Assembly (NCBI RefSeq): GCF_006345805.1
Contig: NC_043009.1
Span: 2,976,001 to 3,040,000 of the forward strand
Reading direction: 5' to 3'
DNA: 64,000 nucleotides
Source: Octopus sinensis
Lineage: Eukaryota
Made by a program: the position numbers and the translations under genes. Of this stretch, positions 56,522-64,000 are shown piece after piece. How positions within the stretch are numbered: position 1 is the stretch's first letter; each line of letters begins with the position of its first letter. The notes below the pieces were generated by a model. It searched no databases and was not told the origin of the DNA. It saw only the letters and a list, made by a program, of their open reading frames with translations.

Positions 56522-56900
56522 GTGTTGATGATGATGATGATGGTGTTGATGCTGATGCTGTTGATGATGAAGAATAAGAGGAAGAAGAAGATTAAGAAGA
56601 AGAAGAGAAAGGAGAGGAGGAAGAAGAGAAGAAGGGGAAGAAGAAGAAGAAAAAGAAGAAGAAGAAAAAGAAGAGAAGAAGAAGAAGAAGAAGAAGAAGA
56701 AGAAGAAGAAGAAGAAGAAGAAGAAGATGATGATGATGGTGATGATGATGATGATGATGATGGTGAAGCTGATGCTTATGAAGATAATGAAGAAGGCAAA
56801 AAAGCAGAAAGAAAAAAATTATTCTGAACAAAGGAAGAAATAAATAAATAAATAAATAAATAAATATAGAAAGAAAGAAAGAAAGAAAGAAAGGAAGGAA
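55845..56900. repeat. (GAT)n/(GAA)n/(AAAT)n/(GAAA)n low-complexity block
   Basis: Visible directly; source of the poly-M, poly-E and poly-K ORFs. Confidence 0.95.
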
Positions 56901-57678
56901 GAAAGAAAAAAAGAATGACAGGAAAGCGTGATTAAGAGTTAAACGGAGTAAATACAATAACCACAACGCAACAGGACCAATACCTACAGCAACAAAAATT
57001 AATTTAAACACGAAAATATTTAAGATATGGATTTAGAAGTAGAACCCCAATTATTCTGAATAATCCTAAACGATGATACGGTATACTTGAAGAAATTGTG
57101 AGATGAATACGCTGAGAGATTGTAAAACTGAATAAATTCACAACTTAGATACGTTAATGTTTAATTTGTGTCACATTCACTTTCCTTGGCATTTTAAAAA
57201 TACTTTACGCAAATTCCCGTGTGACTATACGTAATTCTAGCATTTTTCCCCTACTATTAGTTCAAATACATGCCCGTATTTGACAGTTTAAGGGAGTAAG
57301 ATTTATTTGAAATATAATACGCACAGTCTTAATTTATTATAACATTTTGCAATGGTAATTCTGCTACAAGAGACTATTTCTTAAATATCTTTAATCCTTT
57401 TACCTGTTTCATTCATGAAGAATATTACTTGAAATTATTCTTTTGTTACTTTTTTTATTTTAACGCCCACCATTTATTCTCCCGGATCTCTTTTACCTAA
57501 GCTCTAAGCCACGATAACAAAAAATGCACCTACACAAATTTTCAAGTAGTGGTGCAGGACAAACAGACACACAAATTTATACACACACATACACACAAAT
57601 ATACATACACACATGCATACATTTATACATTAGATACATGAGTGTGTGTTTGTGTGCTTGTATATATATATATATTAC

Positions 57679-57854
57679 GGAGATGTACTTGCATAGCAAG
57701 TGACTTGATCTGAGATCGTGTGCTGGAACGAAAACAATTGCAGCGTGGAACGTGTTTGTAAGCCATTTAAGAAACACACAAAAGCCGTTGAAGTGAATCA
57801 AACGGCTTTTGTGTCTTTCTTAAATGGCTTACAAACACCTTCAACGCTGCAATT
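57679..57854. mobile_element. Centre-deleted copy of the 16.3-kb palindrome family
   Basis: Same GGAGATGTAC head and same arm ends; the centre is collapsed at GCCGTT|GAAGTG. Confidence 0.8.
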
Positions 57855-57863
57855 ATATATATA

Positions 57864-58375
57864 CTAGCAGTATCGCCCGGCGTTGCTCGGGTTTGTAAGG
57901 GAAATAACTATATAAGCATTTTTAGAGAGTTACTTCCCTTATAGATGCCAATTTGGGCTTTCTTAGCCATTTCTGTTTTGGTGTCTTCAAGCCATGAAGT
58001 CGTTGTTCTAAAAGAACGCTGGTCTCCTTGACAACGCTTTACGACGTTAATTTCCTTACACTCCCTTCCCCACAGCTTCACGAGGGAGGGAAGAAGGGGT
58101 GAAGCAAACAGGTGCAGGTGTGACCATGGACACCAACTCCGCCGCCATCGGCACACGAAAAATTATGCATTAAAATGGAATAAAAAATTATGTTAAATTA
58201 TTTTTAAAATCGAAGTCTCATTGTAGACGTGCGCTAATACTCAGACGGGCTCGATATGAATCACGACTATAAGATACCCGAATTTGGTTAAACTGCACCG
58301 CAAAATGTGGGGGTAGTTAGGAATCTAAATCGAAGGGGACAGACACTCACACAACTACAGTTTTATATATATAGA
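57864..58375 (-). mobile_element. Non-autonomous Helitron
   Basis: Reverse complement of 7710-8215, with TC and CTAG ends intact. Confidence 0.8.
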
Positions 58376-58392
58376 GATATGTATATATATAT

Positions 58393-58575
58393 AGGGTAAA
58401 TTCACAAAAAAGACAAAAGACAAAGACAGGTGGTGTAGATAAGAAACAGATGTATTTGTATAACGCTCGGGAAGTGAAAAAGTCATTAACGTTTCGAACC
58501 TAAGCTCTTCCACAGAAAGGAACACAGAAAGAACCAAGGAGGGAAAATAAAGAATATGTAGTGTCTAGCGATGCA
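58393..58575 (-). mobile_element. Solo copy of the PLE terminal repeat (pLTR-like) with a hammerhead-like motif
   Basis: Homologous to 59896-60095; the minus strand reads CTGTGGA-A-GAGC(TTAG)GTTC-GAAACGTT. Confidence 0.65.
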
Positions 58576-58869
58576 GATATATACCTGAATATAAACATAT
58601 ACATAATTACATACATATACAGACACATAGACTCACACATAGACACCCACACACACACACACATATATATATACATATATATAGCAGGTTTATTTCACTT
58701 CTTGCTTCGGAAATCTACCCACAATGCTTTAGTGGACAAGTTAATTGTGAAAGATAGTCACGCAAGCTGCAATGTAGTTGGACTGCATCCGTACCATTTG
58801 ATCGGGTGGCAAATGACTTCCCTATCTCTTACTCCTGCGCCTGTATATATATACATATATATATATATA

Positions 58870-59080
58870 ATATTAAATTAGAGATAAAACCACTATTAGG
58901 CAAATCATACAATGAAAAACTTAAGCCAATACATAAGATTAATTAATTTATATTATTTTAAATATATATCAGAATTATTAAAAAAAGATAATTATTATAA
59001 CACAACGATCGTTTCATGGCTGTCCAATTCGTAAAAATTCGAGTTACAGTCATTATTCAGGTGATTGAAATATCGGACTC
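58870..59080 (-). mobile_element. Short element with degenerate hammerhead (59000-59065)
   Basis: ATCAC-CTGAATA-ATGACTGT...ACAGCCAT-GAAAC-GATC-GTT-GTGTT; its 3' part matches the arms of 63150-63741. Confidence 0.6.
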
Positions 59081-59773
59081 TATATATATATATATGCTGT
59101 TATTGCTTGTGTTTATACAGGCTACTTAAGTAATTACTCTGATATACACTACGTTGTAGAATGTGTGCATAGTGCAATCAGATTAAGTTATTGCATCTAT
59201 AAACTAAGTAATTTTTACGTACGAGTCTTCGTTGACCGGCAGTATACGGCTGTATAGTGTGACACACAGGAAATCGAACGTATAGCCCTTGACAGAGGAG
59301 AACTTAATATGACCACATCGCAGACCTCGATAAGAGAAAATAGGAGAAATTATACACAGGAAACGATGGTTAAATTAGTTGGTTTGAAGGTGCAATTGTT
59401 GCAGCGTAGCCGCTGATCAGTGCCATTTGATTTGGAACAGTTCTGCTATTTGAAGAATGTACTAAATGTGATAATCCCATCTCGATTTTCAAATGTATAT
59501 GCATGCATACATATGTGAGTTCGTGCATGTATGTGGTTGCATGCATGCATGTATGCGTTTAGGTATGTATGTATTTGTTACGTACGGCCAAGCTGGAGCT
59601 GAGCCTTCCCGGTTTCTAATTGAACAAACCATATTTTAATTATTTCGTAAAGCCTGGTCCTTTTTTGCCAGCCTCTAGGTGAAACGGAAAGCAACATAGA
59701 CGTAAACAATCCTATGCCGCTTGTCAAGTGGTGGTATAGAACAAGCAAAACAAAATATAAAGAAACACACACA

Positions 59774-59810
<37 letters not shown>

Positions 59811-59834
59811 GCATGTATATATACACACACACAC

Positions 59835-59895
<61 letters not shown>

Positions 59896-59897
<2 letters not shown>

Positions 59898-61788
59898 CGG
59901 GAAGGTTTACGAAAATAAACAAAAGACGAAGACAGGTGGAGTACAAACAAACAAATGTATTAGTATGGCGCTCAGGAATAGAAATAAAACAAGTCTTTTA
60001 CTTTTCGAGTCTACGCTTTTCGACAGAAAGATACACAGAAAAAAAAACAAGGAGCGAAAAAAAATGCGTGTAGGGGCTAACGATCTATCATGGTGTTCTG
60101 ACTTCGGGCAGAGGTCAGAGTTCAGACGCTAGAGGGAGAGTAGGGGAGATAACAGGGTCAAGTGACTTCCAAAACGAAGGTGCCCCCAACACAAAGGTGC
60201 GTGTGTGTATAAGAGAGTATTTATGTGCGTGTGAAAGAGGGCTGGTGGTCTGGACGTGTGTATGTATGTATGTGTGGGTGTGGAGATGTGGGGATGGGAG
60301 TGTGGGTGGTGTGTTGTGATGTGTAATGTTGGCGGTGTGCTGTGGATGGTGTGTTGTGATGTGATGTGTAATGTTGTATGGTGTAGTGTAGTGTGGTGTG
60401 ATGTTGTGGGGAGGTGGAGGGCGAGAGTGGGGGGCAGCCCATGTGGGGTGTGGGTTCGGCTGGGGGTTGGGGTAGTGTGGGGTTGTGGGGAGGGTGATAG
60501 GGGAGAGAAGAGAGGATAGGGGCGGGGAGGGGGGGGAAGGGAGAGAGGAGATGAGGGGGAATGATGAGGAGAAGGAGGGGAGAGGAGGAGAGGAGGAGGA
60601 GGGGGAGGAGGATATGGGAGAGAAGGGGAGTGAGGAAGCAGAGAGGGAGAGAGAAGGGAAAGAGGGAAGAAGAGAGAAGAAGAGGGAAGAAGGGGGAAGA
60701 AGGGGAAGAAGGGGGAAGAAGGGAAAGAACGGAAGACGAGGGAAAGAGAGTAGGGGTGAAAAGGTGAAGGACTGATGAGAAGTAGGTGTCGGGGGGAGGT
60801 TAGATGAAAAGGGGGGGAGAGTTGAGAGCAAATGGCGTAAAAGAGGGAAGAGAGAAGATTAATCCCTGTTCACGGCGCAAGCGGGAATCCGGATGACCTC
60901 TGTGCAGGGACAATCCGAACACAGACAGATGTTGCAAGGAGTGACCGGTAGAGCGGAAATGGCGTGAGACTGGAGTGTCATTGGCGAGGCGGATGTCTCG
61001 GAGGTGTTCCGCGAACCGGTCAGCCAAGCAGCGTCCCGTTTGTCCGATGTACAGGGAATGGCTGAGAGAGCAGGAGATGCAATAGATGATATTGCTGGAG
61101 GTGCAGGTGAAGGAGTCGATGATGCGATAGGGTCGATGATGGGTGCCGGTGAGGAGGGTGGTATTGGAGAGGTAAGGGCAAGTGCGGCGATGTGGGCGGG
61201 AGCAGGGGAACGAGCCAGGTTGGGAGGTAGTGTCAGGGAAGAAGCTGTGGACCAAGAGGTCTCGTAGGTTATGGGCTTGTTTGAAGGGGGGGAGGGTCGG
61301 TTAGGGAAGAGGTGTGATGTGGACGGGTCGGACTGGAGATGCTGAAAAGCTCGAAGAATGGTGCGTTGGAGAGGTAGGGTCGTGGGGTGGTAAGTGAGGG
61401 GAAAAGGGATGCGGGAGACTGCAGGGCGGGTTCGGGGGGAGAGAACAGATGCACGGTCTACGGAACGTGCTCTGGCAAGGGCAGTGTGGATAGTGGTGAG
61501 GGGGTATCCACGTAGGATGAAGTGGTGAGCCATGAGTTGAGACTGAGTCTCAAAGTCATGGTTGTCACTACAGAGCCTACGTAGACGGAGGAATTGGGAA
61601 TAGGGGATGGAAAGCTTGGTGTGTTTGGGGTGGGAGGAAGAGAAGTTTAGGTAAGAGTGTGAGTCTGTGTCTTTCTAGTGAATGGAGGTGGTAAGAGTGG
61701 AGTGAGGAATGCTGACCGAAATGTTGAGGAAGGAGACAGAGGTGTTGGAGATAGTGCAGGTGAAGTGGAGGGCAGGATGGAAGGATTT
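59896..61788 (-). mobile_element. Penelope-like element (probably Neptune-type), 5'-truncated and inactive: RT thumb, linker, GIY-YIG endonuclease and 3' pLTR
   Basis: SFHPALHFT...TDSHSYLNFSSSHPKHTKLSIPYSQFLRLRRLCS...RGYP, then after a frameshift near 61290 NLRDLLVHS...SSNIIYCISCSLSHSLYIGQTGRCLADRFAEH...HF...H...RE...LN. There is a stop near 61675 and zinc-finger cysteines are lost. Confidence 0.92.
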
Positions 61789-61838
61789 AAATTCAGTATA
61801 TTATAGCCTCATAGAATATATTTATTTAAGGGTATATA

Positions 61839-61870
<32 letters not shown>

Positions 61871-61874
<4 letters not shown>

Positions 61875-62216
61875 AGGAAAAATTTTTTTAAAAATGCAGA
61901 ATGCTCAAATGAAAGAAAATTTTAATAAAATGAGAAAATGATAAAATATATAAATATATATTTATTCAACAACGGTTTTCGTCCTTGTATGACTTGTCAA
62001 GAATATTTATGTTTTAAGAAGTTATTTTAAAAATTAGAAAGGGGAAAATTAGAAAGGGGTTATTTTAAAAATTAGAAATTTTAAAATATTCTTGAAAGTC
62101 ATACAAGGACGAAAACCGGTTGAATAAATATATATTTATATATTTTATCATTTTCTCATTTTATTAAAATTTCTTTCATTTGAGCATTCTGCATTTTTAA
62201 AAAATTTTTCCTTACT
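61871..62216. repeat. Fold-back with ~135-bp arms carrying a hammerhead 3' half
   Basis: Arms 61871-62008/62084-62216; ...CAAGGAC-GAAA-ACCGGTT. Confidence 0.75.
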
Positions 62217-62401
62217 TATCATTTCTCCACGTGCGGTCAACACACCCCACCATTTATTGATCTATATATATATATACTATATATATATATATATAATATA
62301 TATATATATAATATATATATATAATATATATAATATGTATATTACATATACATACATATATATATGTGTGTGTATGTGTGTGTGTGTATGCGTATGTATA
62401 T

Positions 62402-62435
<34 letters not shown>

Positions 62436-62455
62436 TGAAATAATAGCATTTCACA

Positions 62456-62727
62456 AGATATATATGTAAAATAATATTGTATTGAATAATATATATAGTA
62501 TATGCAATTATATAAAATAAGACAGTTTAAAAGTTAAGTATTTATCGCATCTTACGATCGTTTCGCAGGAGTATTGTCCTTTATCAATCTTGGATTCCAT
62601 TATAAAGACAATACTTTTGCGAAAAGATCGTAAGGAGCGCTAAATACTTACCTTTTACAATGTCATAAGTTATATATTTTCATATACAATACATATTTTA
62701 ATACAATATTATTTTACATATATATCT
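62456..62727. repeat. Fold-back with ~128-bp arms carrying a hammerhead 3' half
   Basis: Arms 62456-62584/62602-62727; GC-GAAA(C/A)-GATC-GTA on both arms. Confidence 0.7.
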
Positions 62728-62924
62728 ATGTAAAATGTTTTTTTATAATGATTTTCTTGCTATCATTTCAAAATATCTATAACAGCTCGTATTAAATGTC
62801 TAAATACTTTAATCATATTAATACTTTGACACATATATACAAAGAGCACACATTTTAAATTCAGTATACTATAGCCTCATGGAATATATTTATTTAAGGG
62901 TATATATATATATATATGTGTGTG

Positions 62925-63128
62925 TGACCTCGTGTGTACCGTTGGCGATTTCTTTCCTCCGTCTTCCCTTCTCTGGATCTTTCCTTCTCCTATGTTTCCC
63001 ACGAAGAGCTCCGTTCGAAACGTTACACCCTCCTTCTTTCCTTCTTTCTTGAGCGTCCAATAATACTATATTTGTTCCACGTCCTCGCGTTGTTGTGTTT
63101 TTTGTGCTTTCTTGTTTGGATTAACTTT
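62925..63128 (+). mobile_element. pLTR-like short element with degenerate hammerhead
   Basis: CCCACGA-A-GAGC(TCC)GTTC-GAAACGTT at 62998-63024; its 3' part is the reverse complement of about 26967-27050. Confidence 0.55.
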
Positions 63129-63149
63129 ATATATATATATATATATATT

Positions 63150-63741
63150 ATATTAAATTATAGATAAAACCACTATTAGGCAAATCAAACAGTGAAAAAC
63201 ATAAGCCAATATATAAAATTAATTTAAAAATATAAAATTAAAGAATTAATTAAATAATTTAAACTTATAAATTTTATATATATATATATATATATACGTA
63301 TATATATATATGTATGTATGTATATATTTTTAATATTATTTTATTTATTAATTAATTAATTTATTTATTTTTAATTTTTAATTTAAAAATTTTTTTTTTT
63401 TTATATATATCAAAATTATTAAAAGTTTAATAAAAGATAAAGAGTACTCTTTATTTTTTATTAAACTTTTGATATATATAAAATTTTTTTTTTTTTAAAT
63501 AAAAAAAATTAAAAATTAAAAATAAATAAATAAATTAATTAATTAATAAATAAAATAATATAAAAAAATATATACATACATATATATATATATTTGTATA
63601 TATATATAAAATTTATAAGTTTAAATTATTTAAATAATTTTTTATTTTTAACTTTTTATATTTTTAGATTAATTTTATGTGTTGGCTTATGTTTTTCACT
63701 GTTTTATTTGCCTAATAGTGGTTTTATCTCTAATTTAATAT
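63150..63741. repeat. Fold-back: inverted ~135-bp arms around an AT-rich spacer
   Basis: Arms 63150-63280/63602-63741; same family as 58870-58970. Confidence 0.75.
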
Positions 63742-63848
63742 GATATAATATAATATATTTATACTATAAAATTGGAATTAATCTTAAATCTAATTTTTGC
63801 ATGTAAGTTTGGATTTATTCCCTAATTATTATATATATATATATATAT

Positions 63849-63880
<32 letters not shown>

Positions 63881-64000
63881 ATATATAATATATTATATAT
63901 ATATATATATATAATATATATATATATATTTACATATACATACATATAAATGTATGACGGGCTTCTACCATATACATTTTTTTATCCACTCTATCGGAAC

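Overview
AT-rich, microsatellite-dense eukaryotic DNA. The SINE families and the (TA)n/(AAT)n/(GATA)n content look cephalopod, probably Octopus; this is my recognition of the repeats, not a database match. I could not confidently identify any host protein-coding gene, and nearly all listed ORFs are microsatellite artefacts. Recognisable content: many copies of about five tRNA-derived SINE types, three non-autonomous Helitrons, Tc1 (DD34E) and mariner-type remnants, CR1-like and RTE LINE fragments, a Gypsy gag fragment, a decayed Penelope-like element (PLE; RT thumb plus GIY-YIG), and a degenerate tRNA-Met(CAT). The main unexplained signal is a set of otherwise unrelated short elements, mostly flanked by (TA)n, that carry type I hammerhead ribozyme (HHR) motifs and are often arranged as fold-back inverted repeats. 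One HHR is fully canonical (6297-6367, minus). One family has a swapped G3:C8 core kept in two loci (about 16.5 kb and 41.9 kb). One locus is a 487-nt tandem that resembles a retrozyme. Several families share an 18-nt motif about 75-130 nt downstream of the cleavage site. All RNA folds were read by eye and none is tested.
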